Shown piece after piece: positions 1 through 9,044 of a DNA stretch of 27,225 nt. Source of the stretch: a virus (lineage: Duplodnaviria > Heunggongvirae > Uroviricota > Caudoviricetes). A model generated the notes under the pieces. That model had not been told where the DNA came from. It saw only the letters and a list, made by a program, of their open reading frames with translations, and made no database searches. Every line of letters begins with the position of its first letter. Within the stretch, counting starts at the first letter, position 1. Made by a program: the position numbers and the translations under genes. The stretch lies in the IMG/VR virus record IMGVR_UViG_2541047770_000002; one strand, written 5' to 3'.

Positions 1-1962
1 AACGCCGAAATATTTCAGCGCAGCCGCAAAGGCTTTATAGAGCAGGCCTGCCGGCGACCAGTTAATCAGCAACTTACCAGTTCCCACAATGCCGCCGTTA
101 AAGGCTTCCTGAATGTCAGCCCAGCGCTGTTTAAACCAACCACTGACAGCCCCCCAGTTGCGGTAGATAAGGTAAGCTGCTGCCGCGACAGCGGTGATAA
201 CGAGACCGATGGGATTCATCATCAGCGCTCGCCCAATCCAGAGAACGGCACGTGCAGCGCTCATAAAACCGCGAACGAGGCTGCCCGCCAGAACTTTGCT
301 GAGTTTCAGTCCTCCGCTGGTCAGTCGGCTGAATCCAGTGACAAGCCAGCGTAATTTGCCACCTTCTCCGAGTGCGGTAGTCAGTCGATGCCAGTTGGTC
401 CGGAGTAAAACAGCATTTTTCCAGACACTTACAAAGGGGGAAATAAGGAGATTCAGCCCCAGTTTGAGACCAACAGTCGCTATCTTAATCGCAAGGAGCG
501 CACTGATGAGCTTAAAAGCCCCACTGACAAATTGCGGGTGAGTCGCTACCCAGTGTTTTGCCCCCTGAATGAGTGGAAGCAGTTCCTGAGTCAAAGAAAT
601 AAAAGATGGAGCTAATTGATCGCCCAGCGTAATTGCCAGATCGCGACTGCTGACCATAAGTGTTTTAGTGGCTTCAAGGGGAGATTTCAGTCGCTGATCG
701 TAAGCACTGGCAAGCAAATCGTTATCCGCAGCCCTGAGAGCACCGGCACGGATCTCTCGATATCTGTCCATGTTGGCCAGCATCGGGCGGATAAATGCCA
801 TGACCTGCATATCCGCGAACATATCACCCAGACCAAAGTTTTTCGCCAGAGCCTGAAGTGCCTCATCTCTTGCCGTATCATTCTTTATTTTCATGGCTGA
901 TTTGAAGCCGGCCAGCGCTTCGGGGCTTTTGGCATTGAGGTAACGTTCTATAACACTCAACATCCCTTCAATCGGAGAGATCCCCGCAGCTTTATAACTC
1001 GCAATAGATCCCTGCAAATCAATACCCAGATCAGCAAACTGTTTCTGAGTATCGCGGGCAAAAATTTTGGTAAGAAAGTTTTTAAAATTATTGGCTGCTT
1101 CGTCGGTGGAACCTGCACCGATTTTTGCTATCTGGAGACTGGCCCCGATTTCAGCAACAGCCTCTTTTCCACTGGCAATACCCGCCATCATTGGGGCCAG
1201 GGACTGCATCCACTTGACCTGATCCGGGATTTCAAATGACCCCTGGTCACCGGCATAAGCCATAATATTCTGAACGGCACCAAAATCTCTGGCCGCACCT
1301 TTCAGGGAGTTTTGCCAGACTGCGGCCACTTTTGCCCAGTCCTGAGCAGACGTGCGTGTTGCCGTTGCCGCGCGGGCAATATCCGGCATCAGAAAACCGA
1401 TATCTGACACATTATCAATATTGTCGCTGATGAGTGAACCCACCGCCTCCTGCAGCTCATCCTGATACTGATTGTATTTAAGCGCCCAGCCTTTTATCTG
1501 TCCGGCAAGTCCATCCCGCGTTTTATTGTCATATTTTGCGGTGATCGACATATCAATCATTTTGTCCTGAAAAGACATGGACTGCTGAACGGCAGGGGAA
1601 ACCGTATGATAAACAGTCTGTGCCATGCCATACGCTTCAATCCCCTGACCATACAGCGCCATGCGGTTAGCTTTCAGCGCATCACTGGTAGCGGATGCCG
1701 CTGACAGACGGCGCTGCTGGCGCTCAATTTGCTCCATGGTGCGGCTTACCCGCAGCAGCTCGCTGTTGAGATGCTGCATCCGGGAAGAACCCAGTTGACC
1801 ATAACGTTCTGTTGCACGGGTTAAAGCGTTCTGACGTTCCTGCAGGCGGCGTGAGGTATCGCTCAGGGAATCAAGCGCACGGCGGGTACCGCTCATTGCA
1901 GAACGGAATGTGCTACCAATCATCCCGCCGATAACAACGCCGACTGAAAACTGTCCCGACAT
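1..1962 (-). CDS. Phage tail tape measure protein (N-terminal part; gene continues past window start)
   Basis: ATG at 1962 preceded by GGAGG; translation MSGQFSVGVVIGGMIGSTF... stays open to position 1 in this frame (checked by hand near 600-660 and 1090-1962); Ala/Gln-rich coiled-coil composition; sits after tail chaperone pair as in Mu-like and P2-like tails. Not in ORF track because no stop codon lies inside the window. Confidence 0.75.
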   Translation of the reverse strand, partial: MSGQFSVGVVIGGMIGSTFRSAMSGTRRALDSLSDTSRRLQERQNALTRATERYGQLGSSRMQHLNSELLRVSRTMEQIERQQRRLSAASATSDALKANRMALYGQGIEAYGMAQTVYHTVSPAVQQSMSFQDKMIDMSITAKYDNKTRDGLAGQIKGWALKYNQYQDELQEAVGSLISDNIDNVSDIGFLMPDIARAATATRTSAQDWAKVAAVWQNSLKGAARDFGAVQNIMAYAGDQGSFEIPDQVKWMQSLAPMMAGIASGKEAVAEIGASLQIAKIGAGSTDEAANNFKNFLTKIFARDTQKQFADLGIDLQGSIASYKAAGISPIEGMLSVIERYLNAKSPEALAGFKSAMKIKNDTARDEALQALAKNFGLGDMFADMQVMAFIRPMLANMDRYREIRAGALRAADNDLLASAYDQRLKSPLEATKTLMVSSRDLAITLGDQLAPSFISLTQELLPLIQGAKHWVATHPQFVSGAFKLISALLAIKIATVGLKLGLNLLISPFVSVWKNAVLLRTNWHRLTTALGEGGKLRWLVTGFSRLTSGGLKLSKVLAGSLVRGFMSAARAVLWIGRALMMNPIGLVITAVAAAAYLIYRNWGAVSGWFKQRWADIQEAFNGGIVGTGKLLINWSPAGLLYKAFAAALKYFGV

Positions 1963-2037
1963 AGTGGTTAACCTCCGGGGAAGGTGAAAAGACGTGAGGG
2001 GATAACGCAGAACAGCCGCTACTGGCGGCTGTCTGTA

Positions 2038-2295
2038 CTATGATTTGTCGCCGTACTCGCTTTTTATTTGCTCTTCAGCCTGCTCCAGCCACATCTCCAG
2101 ATCGTCAGTATCGAGGGCATCAATCTCCCCCGGCTGAAACCGGAACCATCTCGCCAGCAGCCCCTGCGCCTGCGTCAGCGCCCTGGTTGCTCTCACCCAT
2201 CCCCGTGATGAGCTGAAATCGTTTCTGTAACTGCAGGTAATCAGCCAGATCCATATTGTCGAGATCTTCCGGGAGAAGACCAGTACTGCGGGCAA
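2038..2295 (-). CDS. Second-frame ORF overlapping tail assembly chaperone (candidate frameshift extension, T-like)
   Basis: 85-codon ORF overlapping 2120..2295 of the chaperone gene in the +1 frame; acidic C-terminal tail; located between chaperone and tape measure as in conserved G/GT arrangement. Confidence 0.35.
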   Translation of the reverse strand: MPAVLVFSRKISTIWIWLITCSYRNDFSSSRGWVRATRALTQAQGLLARWFRFQPGEIDALDTDDLEMWLEQAEEQIKSEYGDKS

Positions 2296-2455
2296 TCAGC
2301 GGTTCGTCCCAGTCTGCCGGGTTTTTGCTGATTTTGCGCACCTGCTTCAGGTCTTTTACCGTCAGGCGTTTCAGTTCAACCAGCTCAATTCTGGTGCCTG
2401 CAGCAGTGGTGAAGGGATAAGACAATTTAAAAGTATCGGATGGGGTCTGTGACAT
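2120..2455 (-). CDS. Tail assembly chaperone (G-like)
   Basis: 111 aa, ATG at 2455 with AGGAG 7 nt upstream; position between tail tube and tape measure; overlapped by second-frame ORF. Confidence 0.55.
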   Translation of the reverse strand: MSQTPSDTFKLSYPFTTAAGTRIELVELKRLTVKDLKQVRKISKNPADWDEPLIARSTGLLPEDLDNMDLADYLQLQKRFQLITGMGESNQGADAGAGAAGEMVPVSAGGD

Positions 2456-2531
2456 GATTGTGCTCCTGTGTAAGTTCAGGGCAGTATGTCGGGAGAAGCG
2501 CGTGACGGATATTAAAGGAGATTAAGAAGAA

Positions 2532-2545
2532 GGGGCCGGAGCCCC
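2532..2545 (-). terminator. GC hairpin GGGGC-CGGA-GCCCC followed on minus strand by UUCUUCUUAAU; possible intrinsic terminator or attenuator inside tail operon
   Basis: Perfect 5-bp GC stem with 4-nt loop 7 nt downstream of the stop of ORF 2553..2834; T-rich tract follows in the minus-strand direction. Confidence 0.3.
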
Positions 2546-2552
2546 TGTGATG

Positions 2553-2834
2553 TCAGCAAGTGCGAAACCCCTTGCAGTTACGCAGGAAAGCGATGAGAAG
2601 CGTCTTTCCCTCAGATTTGCCGATGCCGGAGAACCAGTGGTCGGGAGGCTCCCATGCTTCAATCAAATCCGCCAGTTTGCGGGCCTTTGAACGTGTGCAG
2701 TCAATCGGGTCATTGGTTTTACGGGTATTAAAAAGGGTTTCCACCCCCGGAATATCAAGGAGGGTAAACCACGTACCATTTGACATGCCCAGTGCCGCAC
2801 ATCGTCCTCCTTTATCCGTCAGTTCAACACTCAC
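2553..2834 (-). CDS. Hypothetical tail-operon protein
   Basis: 93-codon ORF (GTG start at 2834 with GGGGG upstream, or ATG at 2786) filling the gap between tail tube and chaperone on the operon strand; no recognisable motif. Confidence 0.4.
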   Translation of the reverse strand: MSVELTDKGGRCAALGMSNGTWFTLLDIPGVETLFNTRKTNDPIDCTRSKARKLADLIEAWEPPDHWFSGIGKSEGKTLLIAFLRNCKGFRTC

Positions 2835-2836
2835 CG

Positions 2837-3358
2837 TCAGCCCCCGATATTGATACGGTAGTCAGTCAGTTGATCAACACCGCCGACCCGGAAGATGTTG
2901 GCCAGATAGTCCAGTTGCAGCAGCTCTTCACCATCCAGTACCTGTCTGATATACGTGCAGGTGAAGCTACTGGAGAACTCGGCGTTCTCGTGCTGTTTGA
3001 ACGTCCCCAGCGGGTTCTTCTTGAACATAATCGTCAGGAAGGTGACCAGCGGGATTTCGTCAATCAGCCCCTGCGAGCTGTAGCGCTGGACGCTGGAACG
3101 ACACTGCAGTGCCAGCGACCTGTACGGGTTCGCGGCAGACAGCATCGCATCGCGGTAAAAGCTGTTCCATTTGATTTCGCCTTCCAGTTTGTCAAAACCA
3201 GCCGGGAGTTCCACCTTACCCACCATCCCCAGCGCCTTGTGTTCCTGCATAATCATGGAGACATCGGGGAGTTTAACTTCCTCAGCCCGTCCCAGCAGGT
3301 TAGTACCATCCAGATAGATGTTGGCATTCGTGATGCGGTTTATCTCAATCTTTGACAT
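2837..3358 (-). CDS. Phage tail tube protein (contractile tail)
   Basis: 173 aa, start ATG overlaps sheath stop (TGATG); immediately downstream of sheath gene; size and position typical of Mu M / P2 FII-type tube proteins. Confidence 0.7.
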   Translation of the reverse strand: MSKIEINRITNANIYLDGTNLLGRAEEVKLPDVSMIMQEHKALGMVGKVELPAGFDKLEGEIKWNSFYRDAMLSAANPYRSLALQCRSSVQRYSSQGLIDEIPLVTFLTIMFKKNPLGTFKQHENAEFSSSFTCTYIRQVLDGEELLQLDYLANIFRVGGVDQLTDYRINIGG

Positions 3359-4785
3359 CAGTTGCCCCCTTTCAGGGTTAACAGGTATTCCGAGGTGATC
3401 TCAGTCTCAAACGTCAGTCGCTCCAGCGGCGGTGGTGGCGTATATTTGTAGCTCAGCAACAGGTGCCCGGCGGCCAGCTCCGTCTCCGGATTGCGGGCCG
3501 GATCAAACCAGCAACGGAAGCCCAGTACCGCACCATCACCAGTCATTTTGCGACCGTAGGCGTTGACCGACTCCGTCAGTGCATCAATCAGCGCCTGAGT
3601 AATCGGCATGTCGATGTACTGCTGGCTGAAATAACGAATGGACTCGTTGATCACATCACCGGTGCGGCGAACGTTCTCAAAGTTACGCATATGGGTGACC
3701 GTTGGCCATGCTGCCGTCCGGTTACCCCACAGACGAAGGCCGCTGCCGTAACTGCTGAATACCGTGGTGATCCCCTGTTCGTTAAGCAGGTTCACCTCAC
3801 TCTGCGGGTCATCAATCATCGCGGACAGCTGGCGCTCCACGCCGGTGATCCCCAGAATCTCCTGATTGGAGGATGACCACCAGTAGCCCTTGTCCAGATC
3901 GACTCTGGCACGCAGACCTGCTGCACGCTGGCTGAGCGGCTCCAGACGCTCTGTGTTTGTCACCGGGTCATATACCTTCACATGCGGATAGCACAGACGG
4001 ACGCGGTCGGAGCTGGTATTGAAGTTGATGGTGCCTTCCGGGCCACGACCTGCCAGAGCCTGTGCAAAGGTGGTACCGACAGGCGCATCAATGTAGGTTA
4101 CCGCGCCCAGCTTCTCTGCCATGGCGATAAGCTCAACTGCGACACTCTTCTGGGTGCAGAACACCGGCGCAATCAGAATTTTGGCGAAATAGCCGTACAG
4201 GTTGAAGCTGTCGTTAAGCAGCTTCATGCCGGTTCGGTTTCCGGCGCTGTTCACCCCGCCGATGATGTCCGCCGCAGTCACCTTCGACGGGTCCGCGTAC
4301 TCATAGCTCACCTTCACGCTGCCACCGGCCTCAATAGCCTTGCCCAGGTTCGTGAGCACACCCGCCTGCGCATCAACACGGTAGTCCGTGTTCGCCGTGT
4401 GGGAGGTGCTGCCTTCACTGTTTTTCACCACCACATTAGCGACAACCGGATGCGCCAGTCTGGCCTGCCCTGTCGATTTGTCAAAGGTAACCACCTCATC
4501 CTCGATCGCCGTTTTATGTTTCGCCGGGTCGAGGACGTTAATGACCAGAACGGTACCTGCACCATGGTCATAAATCGCATCCAGCGCCTGCGGAATGGTA
4601 AAGCCGGTGAACTGGCTGCCAAATGCCGCTGCGTCTTTCTCAGACAGGCACTGTACCAGCGTATTGACATCCCCCATCGGGGCGGTACCAATCAGGCCAA
4701 TAACGGCAGATTTCACCGTTTTAACCGGGCGGGCACCGTTTTCCACCTCAATGGTTTCGGGACCATGCAGATAGTTAGCTGCCAT
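3358..4785 (-). CDS. Phage tail sheath protein
   Basis: 475 aa, GGAGG 6 nt before ATG at 4785; size, position ahead of tube gene and sequence character match Mu L-type sheath proteins. Confidence 0.85.
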   Translation of the reverse strand: MAANYLHGPETIEVENGARPVKTVKSAVIGLIGTAPMGDVNTLVQCLSEKDAAAFGSQFTGFTIPQALDAIYDHGAGTVLVINVLDPAKHKTAIEDEVVTFDKSTGQARLAHPVVANVVVKNSEGSTSHTANTDYRVDAQAGVLTNLGKAIEAGGSVKVSYEYADPSKVTAADIIGGVNSAGNRTGMKLLNDSFNLYGYFAKILIAPVFCTQKSVAVELIAMAEKLGAVTYIDAPVGTTFAQALAGRGPEGTINFNTSSDRVRLCYPHVKVYDPVTNTERLEPLSQRAAGLRARVDLDKGYWWSSSNQEILGITGVERQLSAMIDDPQSEVNLLNEQGITTVFSSYGSGLRLWGNRTAAWPTVTHMRNFENVRRTGDVINESIRYFSQQYIDMPITQALIDALTESVNAYGRKMTGDGAVLGFRCWFDPARNPETELAAGHLLLSYKYTPPPPLERLTFETEITSEYLLTLKGGN

Positions 4786-5029
4786 GGGTGTCCTCCGTTT
4801 TCACTTCGCTGTCACTGCTGCTTCTGCGCTTTGGTGACTGCACAGCCGGTGTGCCGGCGGGTTTAGTCTCTTCAGGTACCGGCGTCAGATGTTTCAGCGC
4901 CACCAGTACCTTCACGTAGTCATGCTCCTCCGGCAGGGAAACCGTCTTCCCCGGCCAGAGCAGGATTTCGGTTCCGTCCGACAGCGTGACGCCGCTGGCC
5001 GGGCCGGAATAGCGGTATTCTTTCATCAC
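4775..5029 (-). CDS. Small hypothetical virion-module protein
   Basis: 84 aa ORF bridging gp37-like gene and sheath gene on the operon strand; overlaps sheath start by 11 nt. Confidence 0.45.
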   Translation of the reverse strand: MMKEYRYSGPASGVTLSDGTEILLWPGKTVSLPEEHDYVKVLVALKHLTPVPEETKPAGTPAVQSPKRRSSSDSEVKTEDTHGS

Positions 5030-5490
5030 TCGCTTTCCTCATAGTTCACTTCGGTTAACAGCGGGCCGGACGGTAAATCGCTGTCTTCGATAAAGACGCT
5101 TTCAGTCGCGAAGTCGAGGGCGTACTGCCACAGCCCCCTGACTTCACCGATAAACACCTCGCGGGTCAGCCAGATACGGCGGCGGCAGCCGGGCGGGGTG
5201 TGGCCACCGAGAATGCGGCGGACAGCATCCAGGACATTAATCGCCCCTTTTTTACCGTTGAGCTGGCGGAAGACCACCGTGACGCAGAGCTGGATAGTCT
5301 GAGACTGGATCACCGCACCGGTATCATCCGGCCTGTCAAAGCGCGAACCGGCATAGCTCAACAGCAACGCGCCAACCGGATGGTTCAGGCGATATTCAGC
5401 CGGTTTCTCCGGGAAGTACTCCACCTGCAGTTGCGGCAGCTTCTCGCGTAACCGGGCCAGTACCGCATCAAGGACGGGCAGAACGTTCAT
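5026..5490 (-). CDS. Mu gp37-like virion protein
   Basis: 154 aa; ATGA overlap with upstream gene; conserved position between head-completion genes and sheath in Mu-like late operons. Confidence 0.5.
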   Translation of the reverse strand: MNVLPVLDAVLARLREKLPQLQVEYFPEKPAEYRLNHPVGALLLSYAGSRFDRPDDTGAVIQSQTIQLCVTVVFRQLNGKKGAINVLDAVRRILGGHTPPGCRRRIWLTREVFIGEVRGLWQYALDFATESVFIEDSDLPSGPLLTEVNYEESE

Positions 5491-5936
5491 CAGTATTTCT
5501 CCAGTAAACCGTCACGACCGCCGAAAGTGGCCGGGCGACTGCGTACACGAAACTCGCCAGGCTCAGGCACATCTTTCTGAGTGGACGGCAGCCCCAGCGT
5601 GAGCCTGTTATCACGTAACTCCCTGAGTTGCCGCAGCGCTTCTTTGTGGTCATCCTTTACCGTATCCGGGAGGTCACCTTCCGGGCGGCGGGCGTAGAGC
5701 CGGTAACGGACCAGCGTGATGGCAATGTCCCGCAGAACAGTCGGTATCTCTGCCAGTGGCAGGATATAGCGTCCGCGCAGATGGGCATCAATCAGCTCGT
5801 CGGCATAGCGGATACAGCTGTCCACCACACGGGTATTCACTGTTGCAGGCGAGTCGAAGTCCATCTCTTCACTGGTGAGCTCGATAAGCGTCCGCTCCGG
5901 CACCTGCGCAAGCAAATCCTCCAGGGTGCAGTACAT
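5490..5936 (-). CDS. Mu gp36-like head-tail joining protein
   Basis: Start taken at internal ATG 5936 (MYCTLEDLL...) directly after the stop of the upstream gene (TGAcATG); the longer track ORF to 6098 would overlap the upstream gene. Confidence 0.5.
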   Translation of the reverse strand: MYCTLEDLLAQVPERTLIELTSEEMDFDSPATVNTRVVDSCIRYADELIDAHLRGRYILPLAEIPTVLRDIAITLVRYRLYARRPEGDLPDTVKDDHKEALRQLRELRDNRLTLGLPSTQKDVPEPGEFRVRSRPATFGGRDGLLEKY

Positions 5937-5937
5937 G

Positions 5938-6276
5938 TCACACCCCGCGCAGGATACGAATGACGTCGCCTTCACCCCCGGCTTCATCAAGTGCAATACC
6001 ACAGGATTTACCGTCGCCGGACTGCGGCACGGCTCTGGCCTGAGCATCTGACTGAACAGCCACACCACGGCTGACAGCGGCCCCGGCCTCGACAGCAATA
6101 ATGCCCAGAACGCTCACCGGCGTGCTGTCGCCGGTAACAGCATCCACTTCGGCAACCCCGAGCGCTGCGGCACCGGCTTTACAGGGGGTATTATCTGCCC
6201 CGACAAAACGCTGCTGTGCCAGTGCTGCCCCTGCCGTTACGGTTGTGATCAGAATGACCTGCTGAGTGGTTCCCAT
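5938..6276 (-). CDS. Small Ala/Gly-rich head-associated protein
   Basis: 112 aa ORF immediately downstream of major capsid gene on same strand; low-complexity Ala/Gly/Val composition. Confidence 0.4.
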   Translation of the reverse strand: MGTTQQVILITTVTAGAALAQQRFVGADNTPCKAGAAALGVAEVDAVTGDSTPVSVLGIIAVEAGAAVSRGVAVQSDAQARAVPQSGDGKSCGIALDEAGGEGDVIRILRGV

Positions 6277-6285
6277 AACGCCTCC

Positions 6286-7239
6286 TTATTTACTGATACC
6301 GGTAATGAGATACCCGGCATCGCCACCAACCACGGCGACTTTGTAGATATCGGTATAACGGCAGTACTTCACCTTGCCACCGGCTCCGTCGTATTTGTCG
6401 GCAACAGGCATCCCCTTACGACGCAGGGTGTAGCCGAAGGACGGCTCGTTCTCGTCCGCGCTGTCCGCCCCCGGCTGCGGTTTGCCGACATAGTGCAGCA
6501 TCAGATTGTCTCCCCAGATATCCGCCGGCACGCTGTTCTTATCCATTGCCGCTTTCATGGACGGCAGGGAGACCGGGGCACCGATGACGATCTCTTCGAT
6601 CTGAAAGAGGTCCTGCAGGATTTCTGTGGTGATGCGCTTGCGTTCGTTGGCTCCGATGGCGGCCTGAATCGCCGGGTGGAACTTCAGCAGCGCCATCACG
6701 CCGGCCCCCATGGTCATCAGGTTAGGACGCAGCCCCGTGGCCGTACGGACCGCTTCCATACCGGCTTCAATCACCCCGATGGGGTCCCCCTTACCACCGG
6801 CCCAGCGATCACTGGCTGTCAGTTTTTTGACGTGCCCGGTACGGTAGACCTTTTCATCCTGAGCCAGACGGGCAGCGATAAGTTCACGGCGCAGGTTCAC
6901 GCCATTCGTGGCGCGACGGATGGCCTTGCTCTCTTCGTTAAACATGGACTCCGCCTGCTCGCGATAGTCCACCGGCGCAGCCAGATCGTGTTCACCCAGC
7001 ACCAGGTCCAGCGTGCCTGTTTTTTCACGGACCAGAACATTGCTGTCCGCCCCGACGGCACGCTCGGTGTCATATTCCACAAAGGCGGTTTTCCCGAAGG
7101 TCGGTACACGCACGCCTTCCTTGTCCGTCAGCACGACGGGGAAAATACGTTCGCCGATGAATGCGGCATTTTTATAGCCACGGGCGATACTGGTCAGTAC
7201 CGGATCAACGACACGTTTACCTTTTAAGTAATCAGACAT
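6286..7239 (-). CDS. Major capsid protein (Mu T-like)
   Basis: 317 aa; AAGGAGA before ATG at 7239; follows protease/scaffold gene as in Mu I-T order. Confidence 0.75.
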   Translation of the reverse strand: MSDYLKGKRVVDPVLTSIARGYKNAAFIGERIFPVVLTDKEGVRVPTFGKTAFVEYDTERAVGADSNVLVREKTGTLDLVLGEHDLAAPVDYREQAESMFNEESKAIRRATNGVNLRRELIAARLAQDEKVYRTGHVKKLTASDRWAGGKGDPIGVIEAGMEAVRTATGLRPNLMTMGAGVMALLKFHPAIQAAIGANERKRITTEILQDLFQIEEIVIGAPVSLPSMKAAMDKNSVPADIWGDNLMLHYVGKPQPGADSADENEPSFGYTLRRKGMPVADKYDGAGGKVKYCRYTDIYKVAVVGGDAGYLITGISK

Positions 7240-7253
7240 GCTCTCTCCTTAAA

Positions 7254-8369
7254 TTACAGGCAGCGTGCGACAGCAGCCTCATAGCTGATGCCTTCTTTTT
7301 TGGACAGGGCCACTGCTTTCTGATGCAGGGCCAGACGCTCAGGATCGGCTTCCGCAAACTCTGCCACATCCACCTTCACCGTGTCGCCGACACGCTCTTT
7401 TGTGGCCTGTTCGGCGAAATTCATCACCGGCTCCCCGTCGGAGAGCAATGAACGAAAGGCGGTGGCCAGCGGTGTGCGGCTTTCCCCCTCAGCAAACTCC
7501 ACCGGCTTGTCGCCACCGGCGACGGCATCCAGCAGGGCAACCACCACGGAGGAGGCGCGGGGAGCCAGACGGCCCTCTGCGACCAGTTTTTCTGCAAAGG
7601 CCACATTGTCCTTATGCAGTTGCTCCTGTCTGACCTGTGCATCACGCGCATCGCGATCAGCAGCCTGCTGCTTCAGGCGGCGGTTCTCCTCCTGAAGGGC
7701 TTCAATCTCTTCTTTTGTCATCGATGATTCCTCGTTACTTGCGGAAGACGGCCCCGGGCCTGTCTCACTGAATTGTGCACCTGCTGCATCCTGCGACAGT
7801 GTGTCGCGGTACGCCTCTTCGCGCAGACTGTTGAGCTGCCATTCCGGCAGGACTTTTTCTGCCTCGTCCAGACTGAAGCGGGCGATCAGAAAATCGCGCA
7901 GCTTTCCCCACAGGGAGGCATTCGTGATGGCCTGCCAGTCGGCGAACTCCACCACACCTTCTTCCTGCTCACTGAAGGACACCTGTTTCAGCCCCTTGAC
8001 GGAAGGTGGCTGTGCCCCGAGAAAGCCCACATGGCGAAGGTAGAGCACGCCGGGCTTCGGATTGGACGGTGAATCCGGGAGGTAGAAAGAGGCGGACACT
8101 TTTTTGAATCGTCCGTCGGTGACCATCTCAGCAAACTGCGGGTCCAGCTGGGCAGGCTCTGCCATCAGATCGACGCCGCTGAGCGACAGGGCTTTCACCC
8201 AGCCCCACGCCGGGTCTTCCGTTCTGGGATGACCAATCACGAGTGGTGCTTCATGGACGGACGGGTCATAGGCTTTCACGCAGGCGGCAAGATCGTCTGG
8301 CGTGAACGGCAGTTTTTTGCCGTGCATATCGGTATGAGTACCGGCTTTAAAAATGTGAATGGCTGACAT
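7254..8369 (-). CDS. Head maturation protease / scaffold (Mu I-like)
   Basis: 371 aa; N-terminal domain followed by Glu/Ala/Gln-rich coiled-coil region (EEIEALQEENRRLKQQAADRDARDAQVRQEQ) typical of protease-scaffold fusion; precedes capsid gene. Confidence 0.75.
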   Translation of the reverse strand: MSAIHIFKAGTHTDMHGKKLPFTPDDLAACVKAYDPSVHEAPLVIGHPRTEDPAWGWVKALSLSGVDLMAEPAQLDPQFAEMVTDGRFKKVSASFYLPDSPSNPKPGVLYLRHVGFLGAQPPSVKGLKQVSFSEQEEGVVEFADWQAITNASLWGKLRDFLIARFSLDEAEKVLPEWQLNSLREEAYRDTLSQDAAGAQFSETGPGPSSASNEESSMTKEEIEALQEENRRLKQQAADRDARDAQVRQEQLHKDNVAFAEKLVAEGRLAPRASSVVVALLDAVAGGDKPVEFAEGESRTPLATAFRSLLSDGEPVMNFAEQATKERVGDTVKVDVAEFAEADPERLALHQKAVALSKKEGISYEAAVARCL

Positions 8370-8583
8370 TTTGCTGTCCCGCGTTATGTTGTCGGAGACA
8401 GTTTGTGAGAAATGCAGGCCCGGCGATTTTAATCTGCTTTAGAAAACATCAGGGGAGAAGGACAGGGAAAGCAATGCGGTGAACCGGAGGCGGTTATAAA
8501 ACAGAGGCTGTAAAGCCTTTATAAAGGTAATACAGCCCCTCATTCGCTGGCAATGATAAATCACCCGCCTGAAGAGAGAAAAC
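8370..8583 (-). promoter_or_regulatory. Non-coding gap inside late operon: likely terminator plus internal late promoter upstream of protease gene
   Basis: 214 bp without convincing ORF between G-like and I-like genes in an otherwise overlapping gene array; Mu has a C-dependent promoter before I at the equivalent position. Confidence 0.3.
8492..8522 (-). terminator. Putative intrinsic terminator after G-like gene
   Basis: On minus strand AAAGGCU-UUAC-AGCCUCU stem-loop followed by GUUUUAUAA. Confidence 0.3.
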
Positions 8584-9042
8584 TCAGCGACGGGCCGCTG
8601 ATTCAAGATGGCGGACAATGGTATCGAGGATGGGGATTACCACTTCAGGCTGTAGTTCTCCATCCCCCGTCACCGGCAGGAACGGGCGGGCCGGAAGTTC
8701 AACAGACTCATTACGCCCCGTTTTACCCCCGAACTGGTGAATGGCACCGTAAACAACGTTGGTCCCCACAACAGCCTGCCGGTCGTCATGGTCGGTTGAT
8801 ACTGACCCCATCAGACGCCCGGTATCCTGCAGTGTCTGCCCGTCACGTTCTTCCGCTGCCAGCGAGGGGATCCACCCCGGACGCCCCTCATCAAGAAAGT
8901 TAAACTGTGTTTCCGCCAGCAGGGTTCCGGCGATTTTGCGCATCGCGGGCTCCAGGTCTGTGGCAGCAAGATCCAGCGCACGGAGGCTCCGGCGCAGGGA
9001 TTTATCGTTAATGGTGATACTGACCAGGTTATCGGAAGCCAT
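8584..9042 (-). CDS. Virion morphogenesis protein (Mu G-like)
   Basis: 152 aa; GAGG 6 nt before ATG 9042; follows F-like gene as in Mu. Confidence 0.65.
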   Translation of the reverse strand: MASDNLVSITINDKSLRRSLRALDLAATDLEPAMRKIAGTLLAETQFNFLDEGRPGWIPSLAAEERDGQTLQDTGRLMGSVSTDHDDRQAVVGTNVVYGAIHQFGGKTGRNESVELPARPFLPVTGDGELQPEVVIPILDTIVRHLESAARR

Positions 9043-9044
9043 TG

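Noticed and set aside
194-900. Short plus- and minus-strand ORFs (194..541, 616..900, 687..881)
   Set aside because: Inside the tape measure gene, which is open in a different minus-strand frame through this region.
3982-4866. 294-codon plus-strand ORF
   Set aside because: Antisense to the tail sheath gene; Arg/Cys/His-rich composition typical of a non-coding frame.
6493-7227. 244-codon plus-strand ORF
   Set aside because: Antisense to the major capsid gene, which has a strong RBS and operon context.
8370-8583. Anti-CRISPR-like small gene in the G/protease junction
   Set aside because: Manual translation of the operon strand gave only a 35-codon ORF with no ribosome-binding site.
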